Sequence record: DRR378314_166
Length of the DNA stretch: 47,132 bases
Direction: 5' to 3' (one strand)
The notes under the pieces are model-generated. The model was not told where the DNA came from. It saw nothing but the letters and a program-made list of their open reading frames with translations, and made no database searches. The first letter of the stretch is position 1, and each line of letters begins with the position of its first letter. Both the position numbers and the translations under genes were made by a program. Of this stretch, positions 8,489 to 17,579 are shown one piece after another.

Positions 8489-9451
8489 ATGGCGAAAAAA
8501 CCGTTTGCTTCTTCAGGGGATACCGAAGAGAAAGCTGAAACTTTAGAGGTTTTGAGTGAAGGGGTCTATGCCCTGACAGCGGAAGGCGATCCAAATGTAG
8601 GAGCCATAGAGGCGGAGGATTTCCTGATTGCTTTTGAAGCCAGAGCGACGCCAAAAGCGGCAAATGACTGGCTGGAAAAATTAAGAGAACACACGCAGAA
8701 ACCGGTGAAATATCTGGTTTTATCCCATTACCATGCTGTGCGGGTTCTGGGGGCTAGTGCGTTTCAGGCGGAAAGTATTATCACCCATGAGAAAACCAAG
8801 TTCCTGATTGAAGAGAGAGGGAAGGAAGACTGGGACAGTGAATTTGGCCGTATGCCGCGCCTGTTTCGCGAACCCGAAGGTATTCCTGGCCTTACCCATC
8901 CTGACATTACCTTTAATGACAAGCTGACAATTCCCCTGGGTGGAGACCGGGGGGATCTGGTCCTTGAGTTTTGTGGTCGCGGCCATACCGCAGGCGACAT
9001 TATTGCCTGGTTGCCAAAACAGAAAATCTTGTTTGCCGGTGATTTGGTCGAGGCAGCCGCTGCGCTTTATACAGGGGATGCCTTTCATTTTGACTGGGCA
9101 TCTGAAACTCTGGATAAAGTGAAATCCTTTGAGGCTGAGATCCTGATCGGTGGACGTGGTGCCGTTGCGCGCGGCCGCGAAGAAGTTGATGCAGCCATTG
9201 AGCAGACCAGAGGTTTCCTCAACGGTATGATTGAAAAAGTCGGCGAGGTCCACAAACGCGGAGGGACATTGAAGGAAGCCTTTTTGTCCACGCATGAACA
9301 TTTAGCGCCTAAATTTGGAATGTGGCCAATTTTTGAACATTGCCTGCCATTTGATGTCCAGCGTCTTTGGGATGAATTTGAAGGGATGGATTGGCCCCGA
9401 ATTTGGACAGATGAAAGAGACCAAGAAGTTTGGGATCAGTTACAAGACTGA
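8489..9451 (+). CDS. MBL-fold metallo-protein, non-canonical HYHAVR subtype
   Basis: VLSHYHAVR (HxHxDH position), GRGHTAGD, LFAGDLVE, LIGGRG; divergent from fahA-maiA. Confidence 0.85.
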   Translation: MAKKPFASSGDTEEKAETLEVLSEGVYALTAEGDPNVGAIEAEDFLIAFEARATPKAANDWLEKLREHTQKPVKYLVLSHYHAVRVLGASAFQAESIITHEKTKFLIEERGKEDWDSEFGRMPRLFREPEGIPGLTHPDITFNDKLTIPLGGDRGDLVLEFCGRGHTAGDIIAWLPKQKILFAGDLVEAAAALYTGDAFHFDWASETLDKVKSFEAEILIGGRGAVARGREEVDAAIEQTRGFLNGMIEKVGEVHKRGGTLKEAFLSTHEHLAPKFGMWPIFEHCLPFDVQRLWDEFEGMDWPRIWTDERDQEVWDQLQD

Positions 9452-9461
9452 CATCAAAATC

Positions 9462-9494
9462 AAAAGAGCCACCTTCGGGTGGCTTTTCTTTTTT
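9462..9494 (+). terminator. Intrinsic terminator with cUUCGg loop
   Basis: agccacc-ttcg-ggtggct followed by tttcttttttt; A tract upstream. Confidence 0.88.
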
Positions 9495-9550
9495 GCAGCC
9501 AGCTCCCATTACGGTTACACTGAATGTAATGTTTAGATACGGGAAGTTTG

Positions 9551-10804
9551 ATGGCTAAAAAGGAACAGAAAACAGCGATTGTCGTCGGGGCCGGTATTGT
9601 CGGCGCCAGTAGCGCCTATATGCTCCAAAAGGCAGGATTTCAGACCACTCTTATTGATCGTGTTGGCCCCTGCGCGGGGACTTCATATGGCAATGCAGGT
9701 GCAATTGTTGCTGACGGCTGTGTGCCCAATTCCATGCAGAGCATCTTAAAGGATGTTCCCTCTATGCTGCTGGATCCGACCGGACCGTTGACGCTGCGCT
9801 GGTCCTACATTGGAAAGGCGCTGCCCTGGCTCCTTCGATTTGCGCAGGAAGCCCGTGAGGAACGGGTTCATCATAATGCGACATACTTAAAGCAGATTAC
9901 CCAATATGCAGCCCGCGACTGGGCACGGTTTATGAAAACGCTGAAGCTGGAGCATCTGATGCAGGATGTGGGGTGGCTGAAGGTTTATGATACCGACGAA
10001 GGGTTCCAAGATACACGCGACATGCGTCAGTTGATGACAGAAATGAAGGCGCCGTTTGATGTTTTAAAGCAGTCGGAAATAACGGATCTGGAGCCAAATC
10101 TGAACGGGATTTTCAAGCATGGTATCTTTCAATCCAAAGCCCGTTTTCTGCTCAATCCAGAAAAAGTGGTTCATGGGATTGCCGATGCGTTTCGCAATAT
10201 TGGGGGAACCATTGAAATCGCCAATATTGACCGAATTCATATCCCGACGAAAGACAGTGTCACCGTGAGCGGCAGTGGCAAGGAATTTACCGCTGGTAAA
10301 ATGGTTGTAGCGGCCGGGGCTTGGTCCAAACAGTTAGCCGAGCAGGTGGGATCCGAAGTGTTATTGGATACAGAGCGGGGATATCACATGATGTTGCCAC
10401 CGCTGGCCGAAAAAGGAATTTCCAGGCCCATTGTGTATGGAGAGAAGTCATTTGTTCTGGCACCGATGGAGCGGGGCATTCGAATGACCAGCCAGGTGGA
10501 ATTTGCCGGATTGGAAAGAGGGCCTGATTTTCGGCGAATTCGAAAATTGCTGCCGTTTGCCAAGAAAATGTTGCCGACACTGGATACAACGGAGCAGGAT
10601 GTCTGGTTGGGATATCGACCATCGACCCCGGATTCGTTGCCTGTCATCGGAAGATCCCAGAAAAGTCGGAATGTGATCTTGGCATTTGGCCACCAGCATT
10701 ATGGCATGACCATGGGGGTAACGACTGCGCGTCTGGTGCGGGATCTGGCGCTGGAGAAACCGGAAACGCTTACCCTTTGGCCTTATCGGGCGAACCGCTT
10801 TTGA
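9551..10804 (+). CDS. FAD-dependent D-amino acid dehydrogenase-like oxidoreductase (DadA/DAO family)
   Basis: VVGAGIVG, GTSYGNAG, ERGYHMM, WLGYRPSTPDSLPVIG, AFGHQHYGMT. Confidence 0.85.
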   Translation: MAKKEQKTAIVVGAGIVGASSAYMLQKAGFQTTLIDRVGPCAGTSYGNAGAIVADGCVPNSMQSILKDVPSMLLDPTGPLTLRWSYIGKALPWLLRFAQEAREERVHHNATYLKQITQYAARDWARFMKTLKLEHLMQDVGWLKVYDTDEGFQDTRDMRQLMTEMKAPFDVLKQSEITDLEPNLNGIFKHGIFQSKARFLLNPEKVVHGIADAFRNIGGTIEIANIDRIHIPTKDSVTVSGSGKEFTAGKMVVAAGAWSKQLAEQVGSEVLLDTERGYHMMLPPLAEKGISRPIVYGEKSFVLAPMERGIRMTSQVEFAGLERGPDFRRIRKLLPFAKKMLPTLDTTEQDVWLGYRPSTPDSLPVIGRSQKSRNVILAFGHQHYGMTMGVTTARLVRDLALEKPETLTLWPYRANRF

Positions 10805-10899
10805 TCTGAATTGGTCCCTGTTTTGCCGATTAAATGGATCTGTTGGCGGGACCAGTTTTTTGCGAGTTTAGACTGGTCTGAATAGAGAAGAGGTCTGAC

Positions 10900-12927
10900 A
10901 TGCGCCTGGAACGCCCAAGTGTCTGCACACTGGATTGCCCTGATACCTGTAGTTTATCTGTTACAGTTGATGATAACCGTATTGTGAAAGTTCGGGGCTC
11001 AAAGGCCAATCCGCTGACGAATGGCGTGATCTGTAACAAGGTGGCCCGCTATTATCCTGAATTTGTTCATGAAGCCGGGCGCTTGACCCGGCCGATGAAA
11101 CGGATCGGGAAAAAAGGCAGTGGCCAGTTTGAACCCATAAGCTGGGATCAGGCGGTTGATGAAATCCATCGGCAGTTTTCAATTATTATTGACCAGCACG
11201 GGCCCCAGGCAATCGTGCCCCTAAATTATGCGGGCCCCCACGGTATGCTTGCTGGTGGTTCAATGGATCTGCGCTTTTTTCATCAATTGGGCGCAAGCCT
11301 GCTGGCCCGCCGCCCCATGTGCGGCGGCGTTAAGGGAGAGGCTTATAAAGGGACTTTTGGAACTGCTCCTGCCATGCAGCCAGAGCAACTTGTACATTCC
11401 AAATTGATTGTCGTCTGGGGAAATAATGTAACCTTTTCCAATCTTCATTTGGCCCCTTTGATCAAAAAGGCGAAAGCCAATGGGGCAAAACTTGTCGTCG
11501 TGGATCCGAAGAAAATCAAGATTGCGGATCAGGCAGATTTATATCTACCGGTAAAACCAGGGACCGATATCGTTCTGGCCTTTGCTGTGTTGCGATTACT
11601 GCAGGTCAAAGGCGCTTTTGATCAATCTTTCATTGATACCCATGTTCAAGGCGCCGAGGAGATCATGGATCAGGCTGGCCGTCTGGATCTTGACGCTGCA
11701 TCTGAAATTTGTGGGATTAGCAGGGAATATCTGGACGAATTCGCCTCGTTAATCGCGGCGGGAAACCCTGCGGCATTTGCAGTTGGAAATGGAATTGAGC
11801 GGAACCAGAATGGTGGAAATAGCATTCGGGCGATATTCGCGCTACCGGCCCTGACAAACAAGTTTGGCGTTCGGGGGGGCGGCGTTATCGGCGGTTCTGG
11901 AAATTTGTTTCCAAAAACACCCGCTAAATTGGCCCGGCCGGATTTTATTCCGGAGGGAACAAGAACGCTTAACATCCTCGATATCGGGCGGCATCTGGAT
12001 GAGGATGATCTGGAAACGCCGATCAAGGGCGTTTTTATTTACAACCATAACCCGATCATCGTGGCACCAGATCAAAACCAAATGAAACGTGGCTTGTCGC
12101 GGGAAGATCTGTTTGTTGTCGGCTGTGATGTAACCATGACAGATAGTATGAAATATGCAGATATCATTTTACCAGCCTGCACTCATTTTGAGCATGAGGA
12201 TATCTACTGCGCTTATGGTCAACCCTATCTTCAACGCGCAGAAGCGGTGATCCCACCTGTTGGCGAAGCTTTACCCAATATGGAGATTTTCCGTCGGCTG
12301 GCCAAACGCTTTGGCTTTACCGATCCCGCATTTACGGCGACGGATAAACAGCTCATTGACGATGCAATTGATCCCGATGATCCGCGGCTTCAAGGAATGA
12401 AGCCGTCTGAGCTGCCAGTTGGTAGCGCTATTTCGATGGAAGAGGAATTGGGAGAGGTAATCCTTTTTGATAATGTGATGCCACAGACATCCTCCGGTCG
12501 GATTGAGCTGTGTTCGGATTACCTGGGGGAAAAATATGGACAGCGTATTCCGATCTATCGGCCTTTGGAAAGTCCGCATCCTTTGGCACTGATTTCTCCG
12601 TCATCAAACAAATTGATCACGTCAACCTTTGGCGGGGTGAAGGCGAACCAGAAAACAGCCGAGTTGGAGATGCATCCCGATGACGCCAATGCGCGAGATT
12701 TGAAAGATGGATCGGAAGTTCGGGTGTTCAATACGCTGGGTGAAGTTTTTCTGCCTTTGAAAATTACCGAAGATGTCCGGCCCGGGGTCGTTTATTCGCC
12801 AAAAGGATCATGGTTCATGACAACCCGCAATAATCAGACGGTGTCTGCCTTGGCACCAACCTCAAAAGCTGACCTGTGTGAAGGCGCGTGTTACAACGAT
12901 GCCAGAGTTGAAGTTGAAGGCGCTTAA
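10900..12927 (+). CDS. Molybdopterin (bis-PGD) oxidoreductase family protein with N-terminal [4Fe-4S]
   Basis: CTLDCPDTC...ICNK cluster motif, RLTRPMKR...ISWDQA, VVVDP, ADIILPA, C-terminal MHPDDA...VRPGVV dinucleotide-binding domain; no TAT signal. Confidence 0.9.
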   Translation: MRLERPSVCTLDCPDTCSLSVTVDDNRIVKVRGSKANPLTNGVICNKVARYYPEFVHEAGRLTRPMKRIGKKGSGQFEPISWDQAVDEIHRQFSIIIDQHGPQAIVPLNYAGPHGMLAGGSMDLRFFHQLGASLLARRPMCGGVKGEAYKGTFGTAPAMQPEQLVHSKLIVVWGNNVTFSNLHLAPLIKKAKANGAKLVVVDPKKIKIADQADLYLPVKPGTDIVLAFAVLRLLQVKGAFDQSFIDTHVQGAEEIMDQAGRLDLDAASEICGISREYLDEFASLIAAGNPAAFAVGNGIERNQNGGNSIRAIFALPALTNKFGVRGGGVIGGSGNLFPKTPAKLARPDFIPEGTRTLNILDIGRHLDEDDLETPIKGVFIYNHNPIIVAPDQNQMKRGLSREDLFVVGCDVTMTDSMKYADIILPACTHFEHEDIYCAYGQPYLQRAEAVIPPVGEALPNMEIFRRLAKRFGFTDPAFTATDKQLIDDAIDPDDPRLQGMKPSELPVGSAISMEEELGEVILFDNVMPQTSSGRIELCSDYLGEKYGQRIPIYRPLESPHPLALISPSSNKLITSTFGGVKANQKTAELEMHPDDANARDLKDGSEVRVFNTLGEVFLPLKITEDVRPGVVYSPKGSWFMTTRNNQTVSALAPTSKADLCEGACYNDARVEVEGA

Positions 12928-12940
12928 CGGAGGAGGGCAG

Positions 12941-13342
12941 ATGTCTGGTTCTGAGGTGGTTAAAGGGGGATGTCTTTGCGGTGCGGTGGCGTTCGAGGCC
13001 GGTGGGAAACTGCGTGATCTAATCGTCTGCCATTGCAAAATGTGCCGTGTCTTTCACGGCGATGTCATAGCCTATACTGCCGCACCGATGCCGGATTTGA
13101 AATTTATCCAGGATGAAGGTCTCACGTGGTATCAATCTTCAGATACTGCACGGCGGGGGTTTTGCAAGTCCTGTGGCGCCAGCATGTTCTTCTTTGATGA
13201 GACCCGCCCAGACCTGATGGGAATTACAGCAGGGTGCCTTCAGGAACCTACAGGTCTTCGGACACTCAATCACATCTTTGTTGGCTCCAAGGGGGATTAT
13301 TATGATATCCATGATACTCTTCCCCAATCTGAAAAAGGTTAA
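12941..13342 (+). CDS. GFA (glutathione-dependent formaldehyde-activating)/CENP-V family protein
   Basis: GGCLCGAV, CHCKMCR, RRGFCKSCGA, HIFVGSK; strong GGAGGAGG RBS before ATG 12941. Confidence 0.88.
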   Translation: MSGSEVVKGGCLCGAVAFEAGGKLRDLIVCHCKMCRVFHGDVIAYTAAPMPDLKFIQDEGLTWYQSSDTARRGFCKSCGASMFFFDETRPDLMGITAGCLQEPTGLRTLNHIFVGSKGDYYDIHDTLPQSEKG

Positions 13343-13357
13343 AAACGGACCGAGCCT

Positions 13358-14638
13358 GTGAGTGACGACATTTTAGCACCCGAAGAATTTCTTCTATCTC
13401 TCTTTCGTATGGCGGTGACATCCGCCTATCCCACTGTTGACAAAATGCCGCTTCCAGAACCGGTTTCCGGCAAAACGCTTGTGGTTGGAGCCGGGAAAGC
13501 GGCGGCCTCCATGGCAGAAGTTATCGAGAGAAGCTGGAACGGCGGGCCGCTGGAAGGGATGGTGATTACCCGGTATGCGCATGGGCTGGATTTAGAGAAA
13601 ATTCAGGTTGTGGAGGCGGGGCATCCTGTGCCGGATGAAGCGGGGCAACAGTCCGCACAAGATATTCTGGATCAGGTATCTAACCTGCAGGAAGGCGATC
13701 AGGTAATTGTCCTGATCTCTGGTGGTGGCTCGTCATTGCTGTCCTTGCCTGCCGATGGCGTCAGTCTTGACAGCAAAAAAGCGGTCAATAAAGCATTGCT
13801 CTCCTCCGGTGCGGATATTGAAGAGATAAACACAGTTCGCAAGAAACTCTCAAAAATTAAAGGAGGACGTTTGGCTGTATCCGCTTATCCAGCCAAGGTT
13901 ATAACCTACATGATTTCAGATGTGCCAGGCGATGATCCCTCCGTGATCGCCTCCGGCCCGACAGTCCCTGACTTGACAACTGTCGCGGATGCCAAAGCCA
14001 TTCTGAAAAAATATGCGATTGAGATTCCAAAGGATGTTGCAGCTCATTTGGAAACTGATAAGGCATTGCCGCCATCCAAAAACCATCCGGTTTTTGAGGC
14101 GTCGGATGCTCATATGATGACAATTCCGCAAGACATTTTGCAGGAGACAGCAGTTTATGCGCATTCTCTTGGAATAACGCCGTTGGTCCTGGGTGACCAG
14201 CTTGAAGGGGAAGCCCGGGATGTGGCGAAGGTTCACGCGGCCATTGTCCGCCAGGTCAACAATTATGATCAACCACTTCCCAAACCGTGCGTTATTCTGT
14301 CAGGTGGAGAGACAACAGTAACGGTCCGATCCAGTGAAACGCCGGGGCGGGGCGGGCGAAATGCAGAATTCCTCCTGGCATTGGCGGATGCGTTGGGTCC
14401 CTTTGAAAATGTCTTTGCGCTGGCTGCCGATACGGATGGTATCGATGGGACCGAAGACAATGCAGGCGCCCTTTTAAATCCAGATCTTTATAAGGTCGCA
14501 GGTGAACAGGGTCTGTCCATCCGGGACTATTTGGCCCGCCATGATGCTTATAGCTTTTTCAGGGAACTGGGATATTTGGTGATGACTGGCCCGACACGCA
14601 CCAACGTAAATGATTTTCGGGCCATTCTGGTTCTATAG
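13358..14638 (+). CDS. Glycerate kinase type 2 (TtuD/MOFRL family)
   Basis: VVGAGKAAASM, AGHPVPD, LISGGGSSL, SGGETTV, GGRNAE, DTDGIDG, TGPTRTNVND. Confidence 0.92.
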   Translation: MSDDILAPEEFLLSLFRMAVTSAYPTVDKMPLPEPVSGKTLVVGAGKAAASMAEVIERSWNGGPLEGMVITRYAHGLDLEKIQVVEAGHPVPDEAGQQSAQDILDQVSNLQEGDQVIVLISGGGSSLLSLPADGVSLDSKKAVNKALLSSGADIEEINTVRKKLSKIKGGRLAVSAYPAKVITYMISDVPGDDPSVIASGPTVPDLTTVADAKAILKKYAIEIPKDVAAHLETDKALPPSKNHPVFEASDAHMMTIPQDILQETAVYAHSLGITPLVLGDQLEGEARDVAKVHAAIVRQVNNYDQPLPKPCVILSGGETTVTVRSSETPGRGGRNAEFLLALADALGPFENVFALAADTDGIDGTEDNAGALLNPDLYKVAGEQGLSIRDYLARHDAYSFFRELGYLVMTGPTRTNVNDFRAILVL

Positions 14639-14643
14639 CGGGT

Positions 14644-15219
14644 TTATGTTGCCCCGCCCATCATCATGACAAGTAGTGCGCGGGCAATTTTTTTACTTTT
14701 GTTTTTGATGTAATGAGGTTGATCTGCGCCGTAGCGGGCCGTTTCACCAGATTTAACTGTACCAACTTCCCGGCCGCAGTTTACCTCGACCTCTCCTTCC
14801 AGAACGGTCAGATGTTCCATGGTGCGGGCTGGATGAGGCTCGGATTCCAGAATGCCGCCAGGCTTCAGAGAAAGTTCATACCATTCGATATTATTGACCA
14901 GATCTGCGGGGCTTAAAACTGTTAAGGTATAGGTGCCGTTGGGGTCATGTAAAATCGGCACGGAAGAGCCGCCGACAATAGATAAGCTGGCGGACCCTTC
15001 TTCCCCACGAATAAGGTCATCAATGGTCTGCCCCAGCGCATCGGCTAACCGCCAAACGATTGCAAGGGTAGGATTGGTTTCATTTCGCTCTATCTGAGAT
15101 AACATAGACTTTGAAACACCGCACTGACTGGCGAGTTGGTCCAGTGTGAGCTGCTTTTGTTTGCGAAGGCGGTTAACGGTTTTGCCGACCGTTGGCGTGG
15201 TGAAGGTTTTTTCAGTCAT
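14644..15219 (-). CDS. XRE-family HTH regulator with C-terminal cupin domain
   Basis: LTLDQLASQCGVSKSMLSQIERNETNPT HTH; HPARTMEHLTVLEG...ADQPH cupin; ATG 15219 after AGGA. Confidence 0.9.
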   Translation of the reverse strand: MTEKTFTTPTVGKTVNRLRKQKQLTLDQLASQCGVSKSMLSQIERNETNPTLAIVWRLADALGQTIDDLIRGEEGSASLSIVGGSSVPILHDPNGTYTLTVLSPADLVNNIEWYELSLKPGGILESEPHPARTMEHLTVLEGEVEVNCGREVGTVKSGETARYGADQPHYIKNKSKKIARALLVMMMGGAT

Positions 15220-15226
15220 TTTCCTG

Positions 15227-15289
15227 TTGACAGGATAAAAATCCATTATATTGTACGAACACTAATTCCATTATACTGGATTTTTATCC
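15227..15289. promoter_or_regulatory. Divergent promoter/operator region for XRE and tdh-kbl
   Basis: TTGACA-N16-TATTGT (15227-15254); boxes TCCATTATATTGTA (15242-15255) and TCCATTATACTGGA (15267-15280); perfect 13-bp inverted repeat 15233-15245/15277-15289. Confidence 0.65.
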
Positions 15290-15311
15290 AATTACTAGTG
15301 AGTTCGAAAAA

Positions 15312-16370
15312 ATGTTTACGATAGCCAAAGCCAAAGCGGAATACGGTATCTGGTCCAGTGACCAGCCAGCCCTTGAAAAACCGGGCCGAGCTATGGTTAT
15401 GGTTGATGTAATCGCAGCTGGAATTTGCGGCACAGATTTTCATATTTATCAATGGGATAGCTGGTCTTCTGGCCGTATTCAGACACCCATGACCATTGGT
15501 CATGAGTTCGTTGGTGTTATCAGTGCAATCGGCGATGATGTTGACGGGTTTGAAATCGGCCAGCGGGTGTCCGCAGAATGTCATATCGCTTGTGGCCAGT
15601 GCACCCTTTGCAGGACCGGAAATGCCCATATTTGCGAAAAGACCGAAATTATTGGCGTCGACAGAGCCGGCGCATTTGCGGAGCAGGTTGTTATCCCGGC
15701 CACAAATCTATGGAAAGTCCCGGATGCAATTCCTGATCAGCATGCTGCTGTTTTTGATCCCGTTGGCAACGCGATGCATATGGTATCGACGGCTAAGGTG
15801 ACGGCCAAAGATGTGTTAATCGTTGGAGGTGGGCCGATTGGGCTTTTCGCCGCTGCCATCGCGAAAGCTCATGGGGCTCGAAGTGTATCTGTTCAGGAGC
15901 CAAATCAAGCCAGATCTGCGATTGCCAGAAGCCTTGATATTGATCTTGTGGTCAATCCCCGGCATGACAGCTGTAAGTCTGAGATCCTTGAATTGACAGG
16001 TGGGCATGGCCCTGACGTGGTGCTGGAGGTTAGCGGAAACGGCCGTGCTCTCAATGATGCTTTGGATATCGCCGCGCCTGGGGCAACGGTTGCGCTGTTG
16101 GGAATTCCAGGCGGGCCGGTTGAGCTGGATCTAGGCGGAAAAGTTGTCATGAAAGGGATCAGTCTTTTAGGCATTACCGGTCGGCGGATGTATGAAACCT
16201 GGTACCAGGTCGAAGCGTTTATGCTCAAAAACCCGGATCTGATTGATAAGGTGATCACCCACACTTTACCTGCCAGAGATTTTGATACAGGCTTCAAGCT
16301 GATGGAAGATGGTGCTTGCGGCAAAGTTGTCCTTGATTTTAAAAGCCTGAAAGAGGGAGCCCTGCAATGA
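15312..16370 (+). CDS. tdh: L-threonine 3-dehydrogenase (Zn-dependent MDR)
   Basis: GICGTDFHIY, GHEFVG, CGQCTLCRTGNAHIC, DPVGNAMH, GITGRRMYETWY; ATGA overlap with kbl. Confidence 0.9.
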   Translation: MFTIAKAKAEYGIWSSDQPALEKPGRAMVMVDVIAAGICGTDFHIYQWDSWSSGRIQTPMTIGHEFVGVISAIGDDVDGFEIGQRVSAECHIACGQCTLCRTGNAHICEKTEIIGVDRAGAFAEQVVIPATNLWKVPDAIPDQHAAVFDPVGNAMHMVSTAKVTAKDVLIVGGGPIGLFAAAIAKAHGARSVSVQEPNQARSAIARSLDIDLVVNPRHDSCKSEILELTGGHGPDVVLEVSGNGRALNDALDIAAPGATVALLGIPGGPVELDLGGKVVMKGISLLGITGRRMYETWYQVEAFMLKNPDLIDKVITHTLPARDFDTGFKLMEDGACGKVVLDFKSLKEGALQ

Positions 16371-17560
16371 GTAATCAATTACTGGATCGCTTGTCGGAAA
16401 ATCTCAAAAAAGCGGAAGCGAATGGCACCTATAAACATCTGAAGTCAATCGAAGGCCCTATCGGCGCTGAAATCACACTGGGCGGCAGGACCGGTATTTC
16501 CCTGCTGTCGTCTAACGATTATCTGGGTCTTGCCAACCATCCAGATGTCGTCGACGCTGCCCGAAAAGCACTTTTGGATTATGGAGCCAGCACCGCTTCC
16601 GTGCGTTTTATTTGTGGGACCCAGGATATTCATCAACGACTTGAAGCGTCACTGGCGGCGCTTCACGGAACAGCGGCTGCGCTAACCTATTCTTCCTGCT
16701 GGGCTGCCAATACAGGGTTGTTTGCCGCCATTTGCGGAGAGGGTGATGTTATCCTGTCAGATGAGCTAAATCATGCAAGCCTGATTGATGGGATTAGGGC
16801 CACATCGAAATCAGTTATTCGAAAGGTGTATGGCCATTCTGATATGGCAGATCTGGAGCGGCTGCTGAAAGAATACAAAGATGCGCCCAGCCGTACCATT
16901 GTGACTGACGGTGTTTTTTCAATGGAAGGAGATATTGCCCCCTTGGATCAGGTTGTGGAATTGGCCGAAAAATACGATGCACTGATTGTTCTGGATGATA
17001 GTCATGGGCTGGGAGTTCTGGGAAATACAGGTCGCGGTGTTGCGGAACATTTTGGCGTGCTCGATCGCATTCATATTTTTACAGGAACACTGGGTAAGGC
17101 TTTGGGGGCTGGTACAGGTGGTTTTGTCGCCGGCCCGAAGGTGATTACCGAAACGCTAATTCAGAAATCAAGGCCTCACCTATTCTCTAACGCCTTGCCC
17201 CCTTCCGTGGCGGCTGCGGGCCTGAAGTCTATTGAACTTCTAAATGCTCATCCGGAATGGGTTCAAGCTGTTCAGGAGAAAGCAAACTGGTTTAGAGAGT
17301 ATCTGGCGGATCTGGGGCTTTCGCCCCTCTTTGGACAGAGTGCCATTGTTCCGGTCATACTGGGGGAGACATCCACTGCGATCCGGATTGCAGAAGAGCT
17401 TTTAAAAGAAGGGGTATTTGTCACTGGATTTGGATTTCCCGTAGTTCCGGAGGGGGAGGCAAGGCTTCGGTTTCAGATTTCACACGCTCATACGCGGTCG
17501 CAATTGCAAGACGCTGCCAAGAACTTGAAATCCTGCCTTGAGACAGCAGCTTTGCTGTGA
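16367..17560 (+). CDS. kbl: Glycine C-acetyltransferase (2-amino-3-ketobutyrate CoA ligase)
   Basis: SSNDYLGLA, ASVRFICGTQDIH, DELNHASLIDG, TDGVFSMEG, DDSH, TLGKALG, FPVVPEGEARLRFQIS. Confidence 0.92.
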   Translation: MSNQLLDRLSENLKKAEANGTYKHLKSIEGPIGAEITLGGRTGISLLSSNDYLGLANHPDVVDAARKALLDYGASTASVRFICGTQDIHQRLEASLAALHGTAAALTYSSCWAANTGLFAAICGEGDVILSDELNHASLIDGIRATSKSVIRKVYGHSDMADLERLLKEYKDAPSRTIVTDGVFSMEGDIAPLDQVVELAEKYDALIVLDDSHGLGVLGNTGRGVAEHFGVLDRIHIFTGTLGKALGAGTGGFVAGPKVITETLIQKSRPHLFSNALPPSVAAAGLKSIELLNAHPEWVQAVQEKANWFREYLADLGLSPLFGQSAIVPVILGETSTAIRIAEELLKEGVFVTGFGFPVVPEGEARLRFQISHAHTRSQLQDAAKNLKSCLETAALL

Positions 17561-17579
17561 TCTAAAGGCAGGCAATTTG

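Noticed and set aside
10805..10899. Possible Moco riboswitch before the molybdoenzyme
   Set aside because: The spacer is only 95 nt with one hairpin, too short and simple for that multi-stem motif.
15246..15629. 127-aa minus-strand ORF abutting the XRE gene
   Set aside because: Antisense to tdh and runs across the promoter/operator region.
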